Shown: positions 20,338 through 31,123 of the stretch, piece by piece | How the letters are laid out: every line of letters starts with the position of its first letter | How positions within the stretch are numbered: the stretch's first letter is position 1 | Assembly: GCA_037308085.1 (NCBI GenBank) | Contig: CP147779.1 | Location: 1,952,001-2,016,000, forward strand | Length of the DNA stretch: 64,000 nucleotides | Direction of reading: 5' to 3' | Origin: Promethearchaeati archaeon SRVP18_Atabeyarchaeia-1 | GTDB taxonomy: Archaea; Asgardarchaeota; Atabeyarchaeia; Atabeyarchaeales; Atabeyarchaeaceae | Program-made: the position numbers and the translations under genes | Notes under the pieces: model-generated | What the model saw: the letters and a program-made list of their open reading frames with translations, nothing else | Database searches by the model: none | Told to the model about the DNA's origin: nothing

Positions 20338-22539
20338 CTACGGGGACACCTCAACCCATATTGGCCCCGCATATGCGGTTCGACCATTATCTCCAACTAC
20401 CCGTAGCAGGTAAAAGTCTGCTCCAGAAGTGTTTAGCGTGTTTGCATCTATTGGGTTGTCGCTGTAGCCGTTTATGTAGTATTTTCCATCCACCTGAACG
20501 CAGTTCCCCACGCCGTAAGATGTTCCCGTAATGGGAGTAGCGTCAATTAGCGTTACGTTTGCCAAAGGTGTACTTATTGGGATTCGGACTAGGAGGTTGC
20601 CGTTTTTGAAGATCTCGACATTAGCCCCCCAGTCAGGCACCCAGTTAGGCGTTACTGATGCTGCTTGAGGGCGCTTATTAGCTGCAGGTGCCCCATCCTG
20701 CGCAATCACGACGCTTATCTGTCGTGCGGTCGAGGCGTTAGCCACTTTCAGCGTGGAGCCATCACCGACGCGCGTCCCATTGATCGTGAAACTGATGAAA
20801 GGTCGCCCATAGTCGGAGGAAGCGAAGATCCTCTGGTTCTCCAATCCAGTGAAGACTGAATCTCGCGTGAGGTTCAACGCGTACACCGCCGTTATCCCGC
20901 TAGGGTAGGGCATGCCGCCGCGAATATTCCAAGTCGTCCAAGGCCGCTGGTGACCAATATAGGCGTTTGTGTGGCTCAGTGAGTGGCCTGGGTGACCGTC
21001 ATGGTTATCGCCTGAGGCGTACACCGTCATTCTGTACCCCATCTTGAAGGCGTCCATGACGCAGCTCCCAGGAGTGTACGCGGGTGGCGGATCGACGCAG
21101 CCCCTGTAGTTAAGGGGATCGCGCTGCTCAAAGAGGCACTCGCCGTGAACAGATGTGACTTCCACGATCTTCACGTACTTCGGATTAATGTAAGTCCAAT
21201 CCTCCATATACTCCTCCTCTGTTGTGTGATGAGGCATCGCTAGCGCCTGGCAGCCAGTGGCATTAGTGAAGGCATCGAGAACGTTCCAAAGATCCTGAGT
21301 TGTAGGCAAAGTCATGTAGGAGATGACTGGATTCCTTGGCAAACTGTTACCACTGAATAAGCAGACGTAATGTCCTGTGCTCGTCTGGGTCCACTCAACC
21401 CCTTGGAGCGCAACGAAGCTACCAGGATCGTAGACCAAGTTGGTCACCCACTCGGAGTGATCCATAGCCCCAACCAGAGCCCCAAACCCAAGATTCATGA
21501 CCTCCCCGTGATCCGTCAGAGCACAATAATCAAGGCAAGCAACGTACCTCGCATAATAGTAGTTGTGTTCCGCCGATCCGCTTCCGTCGGAGAGCTCTGA
21601 GTGGCTGTGGATGTCGCCCCAATAGATCATTGGATCCGCACTTGAAAGGTTCTCGACGATAATAGGGTTGCTCCAATACGTGTTCTGTGTAACAGAGTCA
21701 TTGACCAATAGATAATGAATGCCTGGAGTATCTATCCTCGCAGTGAAGACATGGAGCCCGTTATCTCTTCCATCGCGGATCTCATAGGCCATGTCGCTGC
21801 CAAAATCCTGCCCAGTAAAGGTGTAGGCGCTCGGCAAGCCTGCATTGACCGAAGAGAGCAGCTCGAATGTCGTAAGATTATACGACGTCACCGAGAACTG
21901 AACTGTGCCCTTGTAGACCGCACTCAGGCGCTCATATGGATCCCATGCCTCAACTGCCACACTAAAATTCGAACCAGAGTTTACTGTTGTGGGCGCATGA
22001 ATCCACAGCAGCCGAGGATCATTGTCAAAGGCTACTCCGAGGTCCACGCTCACACTGCACCAGAGAATCGTCGGAACGAGGACGAGTAAAATCGCAAGGG
22101 AAACCTTTGCATACTTCGGCATCCGTTTAGTGAATCCATCGTACTGCACTAACCACGTTGACCTACGGGTCCTCTTTCTGCTCCGGATCCTCCACACCGC
22201 GAACACAACTGCATATGCAATCATAGTGCCTGGTCCAATGGCGATGGAGAAATACGACGTCGAATAACTGGGACCCCCAAATACGCTGAGGGTATTGAGA
22301 TACGACATAGTATTCAAGATCAAGGTACTTACGCCAGAGGTCCAAGCCAAGACAAGCCCATGGAACCTCCACGCGGAATTCCTAAAGAGAACAAAGTAAA
22401 GGATACCTATTACCAACCCGATGAAGCTGAAGAAGAAAGAAGCCGTCCAATATACACCAAAGACAAAGACCACTAGGCGGAGTACCCTCAACGCGCTTCT
22501 TGAGAAATGATAACTGTGTCTTGGCGGGCGGGTTGCCAA
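20338..22539 (-). CDS. Membrane-anchored PHP-like (CehA/McbA/DUF3604-type) metallohydrolase
   Basis: N-terminal TM helices; WGDIHSHSELSDG, LTDH, PHH, GDNHDGHPG metal ligands. Confidence 0.78.
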   Translation of the reverse strand: MATRPPRHSYHFSRSALRVLRLVVFVFGVYWTASFFFSFIGLVIGILYFVLFRNSAWRFHGLVLAWTSGVSTLILNTMSYLNTLSVFGGPSYSTSYFSIAIGPGTMIAYAVVFAVWRIRSRKRTRRSTWLVQYDGFTKRMPKYAKVSLAILLVLVPTILWCSVSVDLGVAFDNDPRLLWIHAPTTVNSGSNFSVAVEAWDPYERLSAVYKGTVQFSVTSYNLTTFELLSSVNAGLPSAYTFTGQDFGSDMAYEIRDGRDNGLHVFTARIDTPGIHYLLVNDSVTQNTYWSNPIIVENLSSADPMIYWGDIHSHSELSDGSGSAEHNYYYARYVACLDYCALTDHGEVMNLGFGALVGAMDHSEWVTNLVYDPGSFVALQGVEWTQTSTGHYVCLFSGNSLPRNPVISYMTLPTTQDLWNVLDAFTNATGCQALAMPHHTTEEEYMEDWTYINPKYVKIVEVTSVHGECLFEQRDPLNYRGCVDPPPAYTPGSCVMDAFKMGYRMTVYASGDNHDGHPGHSLSHTNAYIGHQRPWTTWNIRGGMPYPSGITAVYALNLTRDSVFTGLENQRIFASSDYGRPFISFTINGTRVGDGSTLKVANASTARQISVVIAQDGAPAANKRPQAASVTPNWVPDWGANVEIFKNGNLLVRIPISTPLANVTLIDATPITGTSYGVGNCVQVDGKYYINGYSDNPIDANTLNTSGADFYLLRVVGDNGRTAYAGPIWVEVSP

Positions 22540-22619
22540 GGATTACAGACTCCAATCTCACCAGGTCCTGTAACTTGGCTTCTCTCTCGGTCCTTACTAT
22601 TAATCCTTTCGAAAAGAGA

Positions 22620-22890
22620 AACAAGGTATTAAGCTCGCGCATATTTGATGCTCCCCGCACTAAGGTGCGAGGCCTTCTCGCCGCGATTCTTGTAACATCA
22701 GAGTGCTTGGCAGGTCTGGGCACCTCAGGCTCTTCGTCAATGAGCCAATCGTAGCGCCAGACGAAGCTTCGCTTACGGGCGCAGCGGAGGTTTACTCAAA
22801 GCCATCCAGCTCATCGGGTGGTACTTGGCTAAATGAACCGAAAGCCAGATATGAGCGGGAGGTAATCCCTAGTAGCGGGGGGACTCGCAG
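22620..22890 (+). ncRNA. Structured omegaRNA-like leader behind a TATA box (second copy at 19515-19787)
   Basis: GGCTC-ttcGTCAAt-GAGCC-AATCGTAGCG resembles the omegaRNA at ~4900; terminal hairpin followed by TTGGC/TTGAC; covarying stems between the two copies. Confidence 0.55.
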
Positions 22891-24114
22891 CTGAAACCGG
22901 CTGGGCTAAGAGTTGTCGCGGTGGCAGCACTCATTTTTATAGTCGCTGGGGGCATCGCTACCTATTACTTGCTCCCCAGGCCTCCGCGGGTACCGTTAGT
23001 CAATGTGGTCAAGTCTATCAGTTTTGACGGTGGTGCCGGGGGAAACGACTGGGCTGTGGGCATGTTCTACGACGAGACGAACCACCTGCTGTTCGTCTCC
23101 GGGTGCATCACGGTTCCGGGTCAAGGGAAGGACATCTTCCTCGCTAAGTATGACGAGGACCTCAATCAGATCAAGAACACAACCTTCCAAGGCGCAGGGC
23201 AAAATGACGATGTTGGATATGTCCTGACGCTTGGAGATCCCGGGATGCTATATGTCATCGGATACGTCAACGTAACGAATCATAGGAATGACATCTGGAT
23301 CGCCAAATACAATTATGACCTGGTAGTCCAGAAGTATACGCTGATCGACGGCAAAGCACACGGGACTGATGATGGCTACGGAATAATCTACCGCGCCGGG
23401 TATCTCTACGTCGCAGGCACTGTGACGGAGCCTGATGGAGGCTACAACCTCTTCGTCGCCAAGTATGACACAGATCTAAACCAGATCAAGAATTATACAT
23501 TCAATGGCGCCGGAGACGGCACGGATAAGGCCAGGTTCCTCACCTTCGGCCCAGACGGTACCCTCTACGTGAGTGGATCCATCTGCCAACCCGATACAGG
23601 GGTCGACATCTGGCTCGGTCATTTCACAACGGATCTTGATCTGCTCGATGAGGCCGTAGTCCCTGGACCTATGCCTGGCGCTGAAGACAAAGGCTTCGGG
23701 CTTGCCTTCGACTCGCTGGGGAACCTTTACACCGTAGGCATGAAAACAGAGTCTGGTCAAGGAACCAACTTATGGCTAGGGAAATTCGACTCGGATCTGA
23801 ATCTCCTGGACAACGTCACCTTCGACGGGCCGGCTCACGGAGAAGACGTCGCCTATGACTTTGTCATGCTAAGCGACAACGTCCTGCTAGTAGCCGGAGT
23901 CTACAGCGAGACGCTAGGGGGGCCAAACGCATACCTTGCCGAATACACGAGTGACTTCCGCATAATCACATCCTACACCAAGGATGGCTCGGCGCATGAC
24001 TACGACGTTGCCTACGGCCCTATATGGGGACCCGGCGGCGACATCTACGTGTCCGGATTCTTGACTGAGGTTTCTGAAGGGCAGAACGGATGGCTTACAC
24101 GGATAAGAGTGTAG
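22891..24114 (+). CDS. Secreted/membrane-anchored beta-propeller repeat protein
   Basis: Signal anchor (M)KPAGLRVVAVAALIFIVAGG; repeated ~50-aa DIF/WxAKYD units. Start at SD-led CTG 22891 or GTG 22921. Confidence 0.72.
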   Translation: MKPAGLRVVAVAALIFIVAGGIATYYLLPRPPRVPLVNVVKSISFDGGAGGNDWAVGMFYDETNHLLFVSGCITVPGQGKDIFLAKYDEDLNQIKNTTFQGAGQNDDVGYVLTLGDPGMLYVIGYVNVTNHRNDIWIAKYNYDLVVQKYTLIDGKAHGTDDGYGIIYRAGYLYVAGTVTEPDGGYNLFVAKYDTDLNQIKNYTFNGAGDGTDKARFLTFGPDGTLYVSGSICQPDTGVDIWLGHFTTDLDLLDEAVVPGPMPGAEDKGFGLAFDSLGNLYTVGMKTESGQGTNLWLGKFDSDLNLLDNVTFDGPAHGEDVAYDFVMLSDNVLLVAGVYSETLGGPNAYLAEYTSDFRIITSYTKDGSAHDYDVAYGPIWGPGGDIYVSGFLTEVSEGQNGWLTRIRV

Positions 24115-24415
24115 ACGGACCCGCTTGTCGTACTGCTGAGAAGGAAATATGCACATTCGCACTCGCAATAAGCGTCCCATAGTGATCTCGCATCGTTGCG
24201 ATAGATGTCTACGCGATATTTCCCAATAGTATAATTTCGTGCGACTGTCGCAAAACTCTTCGGACTAACCGGGGTGATTGCGGCAAGGTATAAATGCCAT
24301 CGCAAACTTACGTGTTTTTCACGCGGAAGTCAGTCGGATTTCAGACGACTCAAAGGAGGGGGCTACATAAGTAGATCCCTACCAAAAGAGTTGTTCCGCA
24401 CTGGGGGGACCCGTA

Positions 24416-27202
24416 ATGACTAATGATGGAACTGTTTCGAAGAGGTTGTCATCATATGATTTCTCGAATGTGACCAGCAGTATTCTCAATCTTCCCCCTG
24501 TTCTGTCTGAAGACCAGGGAGAAGCCGCGCTGTCGAAGTCCAGATACACTAGAGTAATCGCGGGCGCAGGGGCTGGAAAAACAGAAACGTTGGCTAGACG
24601 GATAGCCTGCCTACTCTTGGTAGAAGGAGTCGAACCGAGACGCGTCGTTGCCTTCACTTTCACCGAGAAAGCCGCCCGGAGCATGAAAAGTCGAATCTAT
24701 CACACGGTGGAGAAACTCGCTGGGTCCGGGGCCACTGCAAATCTCGGCGAAATGTATATTGGAACGATCCACGGGTATGCCAAACGAATACTAGAAGATC
24801 ACTTCGGATATGGTAACTATGGCGTTCTGGACGAGGGCAAAGAAGTTGCATTCCTCATGAGGCATGGATGGAACATACATTCACACCTATACGCAGGTAA
24901 CTATGCGGAGAGTTGTCGGATTTTCCTGCGAACGGTAAACATGGTCTGGGACGAGATGCTTGACGAAGGGCAAGTTGAGCAAAGAGCGCCGCCTTTCTTC
25001 AGGAGGATGAAGCGCTATGAGGATCTACTCAAGGTCCACAGACAGCTCACTTTTGGCAGAATGATCCATGAAGCGGTATTGAACCTGAGAAGCAACCCAG
25101 ACAAACTTGGACATGTTAGGCATGTCATCATAGACGAATACCAAGACATAAACAGAGCCCAATGGGAACTCATAAACCTGGTAGGTCAAAACAGTTCAGT
25201 ATTCATTGTGGGAGACCCAAGGCAGAGCATCTATCAGTGGAGAGGATCTGATGAGGAGTTCTTTGAGAAATTCGCTAAGGATTTCCCAAAGGTGAAAACC
25301 GTAACTCTCACGGAAAATCGAAGGAGCGCCAAGAGAATCGTGAGGAACGCCAATTGCTTTGCAGATAGTTTTGAGAAAAGAGCATATGAACATATGGAGC
25401 CAACAAGAAAGGATGACGGGTTCATCGGATTAGCGAGCCTTGAGACCCCTGACGACGAGGCGAAATGGATTGCAGACCAGATAGAGGACTTGATAAAGAA
25501 AAAAAGCCTGAAGTTCTCAGACATAGGTGTTCTGACGAGAAGCGTCAGCACCTCAGCAGGGCCGCTTATTCACGAACTAAAGAAGCGGAAAGTGCCCTAC
25601 ATCGTGGGGGGCAAGGTCGGTCTCTTCAAAAGAGATGAAGCACGCGCGCTTGGGATGATTTTCTCTTGGTTCTGGGAGGACGGGTTTTGGACTGACGATC
25701 CATACAGAAGAGATGAGAGCATATCTGGAAATGCGCTTTTGAGTGCAGCGCTGAAGTGCTGGGATTCCGCGCATCAGCATGGACACCCCACCAGCGCAGA
25801 AATCAAGTTGAGACGAATCAAAGGAGATCTGAACTCTGAGAAGTCCTTCTACCGAAACTTCACCAAGATCTACTATGACATCCTCAACGCGCTTGGATAT
25901 GAAAAGTTGGATTACGCGAACACAAATGATGCAACCGTCATGGCAAATCTTGGTCGATTTAACGTTCTACTGACAGACTATGAATTCGCAAATCGGATCG
26001 GGGGAAGAAGACCTGAATGGGCTCACGACCTGAAAGGGCTATTCTGGTTCATCAACAGCTACGCTCTACTCGCTTATGAGGAACAGCCTTCGGATGACAT
26101 ACGGGGAGTGGATGCAGTCCAAATCATGACTATTCACCAAGCGAAAGGTCTTGAGTGGCCGATAGTCTTCTTGTTTGCGAACGTAACGAGGAGATTCCCA
26201 CCCAGCCGCATGGGAAGACCTCAGGAGTGGTGTGACGTACCGAGAGAAATGTTTGATGCGAAGAGGTATGAGGGCGGTCTCGAAGATGAAAGAAGGCTCT
26301 TTTACGTTGCAGTAACGAGATCAAAAGATGCCCTAGTAATCAGCCACTTCAGGAGAATAAGCAACAACATAAGCAGAAGCATGCTCATCGACAGTCTCGA
26401 CAAGGACGCCCTGACGGAACTAAGTGACAAACAGAGACTCCCTGAACTTGCCATTCACGCAAATTCACAGCCAGACGAAATCCAGACTTTCACCGCTGAA
26501 GAGGTCATCACTTTCAGCATATGCCCGCACATGTACCTCTTAAGAGATATCTGGGGATACCAACCAGAACTCAGGCAGGCAATAGGATTCGGTAATGGTC
26601 TCCATTATTGCCTCCGAAGAGCAGGCGAACTTATCAAGAACGAAGGCTACAGCCCAATAGAAGCAGCTGAAAAAGCAGTCAAGGAAGACTTTCATATGCC
26701 TTTCGTCGGAGGCGAAGTACTCGAAAACTTTAGAAAAAGCGCGGGAAAGATGCTCCGCAGATTCGCAGAGAAATACGGCGACGATCTCAAGCGGATCGAG
26801 GAAGTAGAATACAGAATCGAGTATCCAATAAAGAGCCCTACAAATGCAGCGACGATTATGGGCAAGGTGGATGTGATTCTGAGAGATGGGGGTTCCATGG
26901 AGGTTAGAGACTACAAGACCTCCGCGAAAGTTAGGACATCCGAAGAGATCTCTACTCAGGTCACCTTATACGCCGCTGGTCTCAAGAGCGTGGGCAGACC
27001 TGTAACAAGCGGATCTGTTGCCTACCTAAAGGAAGGAGACGTGAAGACGGTTGATGTTAGCGACCCTGCCCTAAGTAACGCAAAGGGGGAGGCTGGCAGG
27101 ACCATTGAGAGCATCATGAAGCGGCAATTCGCGCCTGCTCCCGGAAAGAACTGCAGTCGATGCGATCAAGCCCCAATATGCAGATGGCGGTCTAGTCACT
27201 AA
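24416..27202 (+). CDS. UvrD/PcrA-like SF1 helicase fused to PD-(D/E)XK nuclease with putative Fe-S Cys (AddA/AdnAB-like)
   Basis: AGAGAGKT, IDEYQD, GDPRQSIY, TIHQAKGLE, ERRLFYVAVTR; C-terminal CPH...GKVD...DYKT...CSRCDQAPIC. Confidence 0.92.
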   Translation: MTNDGTVSKRLSSYDFSNVTSSILNLPPVLSEDQGEAALSKSRYTRVIAGAGAGKTETLARRIACLLLVEGVEPRRVVAFTFTEKAARSMKSRIYHTVEKLAGSGATANLGEMYIGTIHGYAKRILEDHFGYGNYGVLDEGKEVAFLMRHGWNIHSHLYAGNYAESCRIFLRTVNMVWDEMLDEGQVEQRAPPFFRRMKRYEDLLKVHRQLTFGRMIHEAVLNLRSNPDKLGHVRHVIIDEYQDINRAQWELINLVGQNSSVFIVGDPRQSIYQWRGSDEEFFEKFAKDFPKVKTVTLTENRRSAKRIVRNANCFADSFEKRAYEHMEPTRKDDGFIGLASLETPDDEAKWIADQIEDLIKKKSLKFSDIGVLTRSVSTSAGPLIHELKKRKVPYIVGGKVGLFKRDEARALGMIFSWFWEDGFWTDDPYRRDESISGNALLSAALKCWDSAHQHGHPTSAEIKLRRIKGDLNSEKSFYRNFTKIYYDILNALGYEKLDYANTNDATVMANLGRFNVLLTDYEFANRIGGRRPEWAHDLKGLFWFINSYALLAYEEQPSDDIRGVDAVQIMTIHQAKGLEWPIVFLFANVTRRFPPSRMGRPQEWCDVPREMFDAKRYEGGLEDERRLFYVAVTRSKDALVISHFRRISNNISRSMLIDSLDKDALTELSDKQRLPELAIHANSQPDEIQTFTAEEVITFSICPHMYLLRDIWGYQPELRQAIGFGNGLHYCLRRAGELIKNEGYSPIEAAEKAVKEDFHMPFVGGEVLENFRKSAGKMLRRFAEKYGDDLKRIEEVEYRIEYPIKSPTNAATIMGKVDVILRDGGSMEVRDYKTSAKVRTSEEISTQVTLYAAGLKSVGRPVTSGSVAYLKEGDVKTVDVSDPALSNAKGEAGRTIESIMKRQFAPAPGKNCSRCDQAPICRWRSSH

Positions 27203-27266
27203 GCAAAGAACGAGGCAGTTGTAGTCGAAGTCGAGAGTTCAACCAAAAAGACCAGAGAGTGGAGAT

Positions 27267-27659
27267 ATGACTGAGTCAGCGATTGAGAGGCTAAGACTGG
27301 ACATTATTTCAGCGCTTGGTGGGTGCTGTGTCAAGTGTGGCTTTCATGATCCAAGAGCACTCCAAATCGATCACATTAATGGTGGCGGCAGAAGAGAATA
27401 CTTACGCTTCGGGGGCAGTTCACACAGATACTTGAAGCACATAAGAGATCAGATTGAAAAAGGTTCCAAGAAATATCAGATCTTATGCGCCAACGACAAT
27501 ATGATCAAGCGAGAAGTGAACAAAAAATGTGAAGGCGCGGGTCGTAGAGCTTCAGCAACTCGCAAGCGCAATCTCGAGAGGCACAGAGATGCAGGTCTAA
27601 AAGCGGCAGACACAAGAATACGCAACCTGGAGAGAACTGGAGAACAAAATGAGGCATAG
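27267..27659 (+). CDS. Small HNH-like endonuclease
   Basis: CVKCG...LQIDHING...ILCANDN; basic repeated C-terminal tail. Confidence 0.7.
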   Translation: MTESAIERLRLDIISALGGCCVKCGFHDPRALQIDHINGGGRREYLRFGGSSHRYLKHIRDQIEKGSKKYQILCANDNMIKREVNKKCEGAGRRASATRKRNLERHRDAGLKAADTRIRNLERTGEQNEA

Positions 27660-27867
27660 GAGCATCATGAAACTGAAAGCTGAGCTGTTAACGTTATGGC
27701 CTTATTACATTAATTCTTTATGCCAGAAGATGATGAAGGTGAGTCCATGAATGTAAAACTCTCAACCAGAAGCGGGCTCATGAGAAATTCGGGCGGGCGT
27801 CAACGATACTCTTCCGAGAATCAACATAATCCTGCGCGTATGTAATAGGTTGTCAGATGGATGTTGC

Positions 27868-28770
27868 CTATCTGGGCTTGCGGATATTCTTCACCTTGTC
27901 TTGAAGCCCAGCTCTCAAATGCTTTGCGTCATCCCTAAGAATCGTCTCGAAGTTTGCTTTGTCTCCGAAGAGTGAGGATTGATCAATATTCAGTTTTTTC
28001 TTAACTACGTCCAGAAGTTCCAGGTCAATCTCGTATCCTACGCATCTTCTGCCCAGTTCGAGGGCCACCTTCAAGGTCGTTCCCGAGCCCATAAAGGGGT
28101 CCAAAACAACCTCGTTCTTGTAGGAGAAGAGTTTGATTAACCTACGCGGGATCTCGTCTGGGTAAGCTGCTATCCCCTTCTCCAATCGGTTGCTGATGGG
28201 GAGCACATTCGTGATATTCCAGACGCTCAGATACCACTTGCCTTTCTGATAGGCCTCGAGATCGATCTTCGATTCCTCCTTGGCCTCGCTTGGGATCTTA
28301 TCGTAGTCGAAGTCTCCATTCTGGAAGATAAGAATCGACTCTTGGAGGTTGTCCGGGTAGTAATACATGGGATAAGGATGCTGCAGCAAGACCCCGCTTC
28401 TTCTGCTTATCCTGATATAGCCTTCAGGCTTAACCCAAGTAATCCTGTCTCTATACTTAAATCCCTCTTCGACGAATATCTTTGTTATGTCCGCAACCAC
28501 GGGGAACTTCTTGCCATCTATCAACGTATCGTCAACAACGAAAGCACCAATTCTCCCCTCAGCAAGCACCCTCTCAAGTTCCTCGGCCATTTTGCGGATA
28601 ATGCCCAGAAACTCGTCGTAGCTCTTGAAGAGGTCGGGGTAGTCAAAGGGAGCATTGAAGTAAGGCGGAGAAGTGACAACTAGATGTACGCTCTTGTCTT
28701 CTAGTTCCTGCATGTTTTGGCAGTCGCCAAAGACTATCTTGTTTATCCATTTGCCAGCCATTCCAGACAT
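27868..28770 (-). CDS. Beta-class DNA methyltransferase (SPPY; probably N4-cytosine)
   Basis: VVTSPPY precedes VLDPFMGSGTT. Confidence 0.9.
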   Translation of the reverse strand: MSGMAGKWINKIVFGDCQNMQELEDKSVHLVVTSPPYFNAPFDYPDLFKSYDEFLGIIRKMAEELERVLAEGRIGAFVVDDTLIDGKKFPVVADITKIFVEEGFKYRDRITWVKPEGYIRISRRSGVLLQHPYPMYYYPDNLQESILIFQNGDFDYDKIPSEAKEESKIDLEAYQKGKWYLSVWNITNVLPISNRLEKGIAAYPDEIPRRLIKLFSYKNEVVLDPFMGSGTTLKVALELGRRCVGYEIDLELLDVVKKKLNIDQSSLFGDKANFETILRDDAKHLRAGLQDKVKNIRKPR

Positions 28771-28934
28771 TCTCTCCTCTCAGCTAACCGTCATGGTGAT
28801 GGACATTACATTGTGATTATTAGCTTTGTAGGCTTTTAACTTTCCATCTAGGGCCGTCTGGCGTCAAAATCGCGTAATCATGCAGGAAAAATACTGCATC
28901 TGTCTGGGCAGCAGGTCCGCGAAGGTCCGAATCG

Positions 28935-29873
28935 CTATGGCGTCGAGTAGACTTCTACGACGGCGCGACCGACCGTAGTGAAGGTTCTGGCCGGAACCAC
29001 AAAATAGTTCTCGTACCTGTCATCCACTAGTACTATTCCTTTCGCCTTGCTCGGTTTCCCGCGGAGGCTGGTGGTCATCTTTTCTTGGGCGATCTTCAAC
29101 GCAATCTGTGGTCTTCGCACTTCGAACCCTTGTTGAGCAGTTGTATGGATGAAGCCAAGCTTCAGGATTGGGTTCATCTTCTCAAGATACGGAGGCTGAT
29201 TCCTGAACATAAGAGATGGAATCGTACCGGCAACACCGTTTGACAGCAGGAAGTCCCGTGCATAGACGAATTCCCCTATACTGAATTTGTACGAGTTAAT
29301 GGGAACCCTGACGTAGAACATCTGCTCTCTCTGTGCCTGCTTTGACTCACTCAGGAAGGGGATGCCTTCGAAGTCCTTTTCTGGCAGAGAAAGGACATTC
29401 CCCAATCGGGAAAGCAAATCTCTGCAGTCGCCTATGGCAAAGACAGGAATGCACCAGTTTGAGTAGAGCCTGCCAAATGCAGCCATTGTCGAATACTCAA
29501 GATGATATTGCTCCTGACCATCGACTTGAGGGCAAATCCGGAACTCGAGACTGTCATCATCTATCAAAGAAACCTTCACACGAGGCTTCTCTGATACTAT
29601 TATAGGTTCCGTCTCTCTATCAGTGGCCTGCCATCCGAGCGCTTCAACCGTCTTTCCAAAGTAGCGGGGGCTGATCACATACTTCCTTCTTCTCTCCTGT
29701 TCTCTGGTAGTGCTCTCGCAGTTATCGGAATAGATTATCGGCATTGTTTTCCTTTCAAAGCCACCCTTTCCGAAGCCCATTTCCTTGAGATGAGTATAAA
29801 GATCATCATCCCAAGCGAAGTATATCTGAAGCGTGTCCAAAACATAGGAACCGATATGAACTGAAGCCATCAA
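28935..29873 (-). CDS. Hypothetical protein upstream of the MTase (possible cognate restriction/effector protein)
   Basis: 312-aa ORF with GGAGG SD, co-oriented with the MTase; no motif recognised. Confidence 0.7.
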   Translation of the reverse strand: MMASVHIGSYVLDTLQIYFAWDDDLYTHLKEMGFGKGGFERKTMPIIYSDNCESTTREQERRRKYVISPRYFGKTVEALGWQATDRETEPIIVSEKPRVKVSLIDDDSLEFRICPQVDGQEQYHLEYSTMAAFGRLYSNWCIPVFAIGDCRDLLSRLGNVLSLPEKDFEGIPFLSESKQAQREQMFYVRVPINSYKFSIGEFVYARDFLLSNGVAGTIPSLMFRNQPPYLEKMNPILKLGFIHTTAQQGFEVRRPQIALKIAQEKMTTSLRGKPSKAKGIVLVDDRYENYFVVPARTFTTVGRAVVEVYSTP

Positions 29874-30086
29874 CCATCATCCTCCGATCCTGGACTCCGC
29901 CAGACAATGAAGGAGATAAAAGCTATAGTTCTTTCGCATGCGCCTGCGTCCCTGAATTATCCGAACTCAGTGACCCAGAATAAGGCATGAGGACCTCTTT
30001 CTAAGCTCTCGCAGATTTGGGAATATCGCAAATACCCCGCAAAGTATAAAATCGGCAACATGCATCTAGTGGCTGGGGACACGACC

Positions 30087-31121
30087 ATGGTTGGGGAGAT
30101 TGGAGATCTAAACCGACTTGTACTGCATCCTTCTTTCAACGAGACTATCGATGAGATAAATAAGCTTGGCATCTGCATACCGAGTCATCCGATCGCGGAA
30201 GAGATGGATTTTAACTCATACCTATTTCCTCCCCAAAACGGCAAGCTAGTCACGAATATTGAAGAGCCAAGAAGCTTCGACCTGGACGCAGGAGGAGGAC
30301 AGGATCTGCTGAAGGAAGGGATTCCGATCTGTGCATATGATGAGTCAATGAGTAAGTTCTCCAGCTTGGAGGGAACCGCTTTTGTTGTGTCTCATTCACT
30401 GGTGATCCACCGGAAAGATGACTACGTCCCATCTTGCTACCTTACGCTCAACTTCTATACTCGCTCAAAGACCTTTACGGAGAACTCAAAACTTCTAAAA
30501 TACTCTGACAATCCGGAGCAGAGCTCTAAACTCGACTATGTTAGAGACAGAACAGAATTGCTGCTAAGAAGTGCGCCAAGCAATTCGATAGTGTTTATCG
30601 ATGGCGTCCTAATCGGGGGACAGCTTAGCAGTTACACCATCAGAATGAACGAGGAGCTGCTCAGAAGGAACATAATTCCTATCTTCTTCGTAAAGAACAG
30701 TGCAAGCAATCTGGTCACCGATCACATTGATGGACTTGTGGGAAGATACAATTCTGATATGCACTGGGCATATACGTCGCTGAAGCCTGGGCAGAGGACA
30801 AGCTTCTTCCAGTACCAGGATGCGAGGAATACTGCCAATGCAAAGCTATTCTGTTATCTCAAGGCTTTCGAGATTAGTCCGCAGAGAGTCGAGTTCCACG
30901 TAAGTACCTTTAAGAAGTATGGAAAAAAGATGAGTGCTCTCATGGACCTGGCATACTATCTCATGCTTGTTCAGGGTGACCTATCCAATCCGCAAATAAG
31001 GCCAATTGCGGTTGCGGAGAAGTATGCTAGGGAAACCCTGAGGTTAGTCGACCTTGACAAACTAATGAGGAGACTGGGAATAACATCTACCGTAAATCAA
31101 GAAAGGTTTGGATGGAGTTAA
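30087..31121 (+). CDS. nurA: NurA-like (RNase H fold) nuclease
   Basis: CAYDES, FIDG, FVKNS, and C-terminal RPIAVAEKYA (canonical ..L..AH..A has E for H). Confidence 0.72.
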   Translation: MVGEIGDLNRLVLHPSFNETIDEINKLGICIPSHPIAEEMDFNSYLFPPQNGKLVTNIEEPRSFDLDAGGGQDLLKEGIPICAYDESMSKFSSLEGTAFVVSHSLVIHRKDDYVPSCYLTLNFYTRSKTFTENSKLLKYSDNPEQSSKLDYVRDRTELLLRSAPSNSIVFIDGVLIGGQLSSYTIRMNEELLRRNIIPIFFVKNSASNLVTDHIDGLVGRYNSDMHWAYTSLKPGQRTSFFQYQDARNTANAKLFCYLKAFEISPQRVEFHVSTFKKYGKKMSALMDLAYYLMLVQGDLSNPQIRPIAVAEKYARETLRLVDLDKLMRRLGITSTVNQERFGWS

Positions 31122-31123
31122 GA

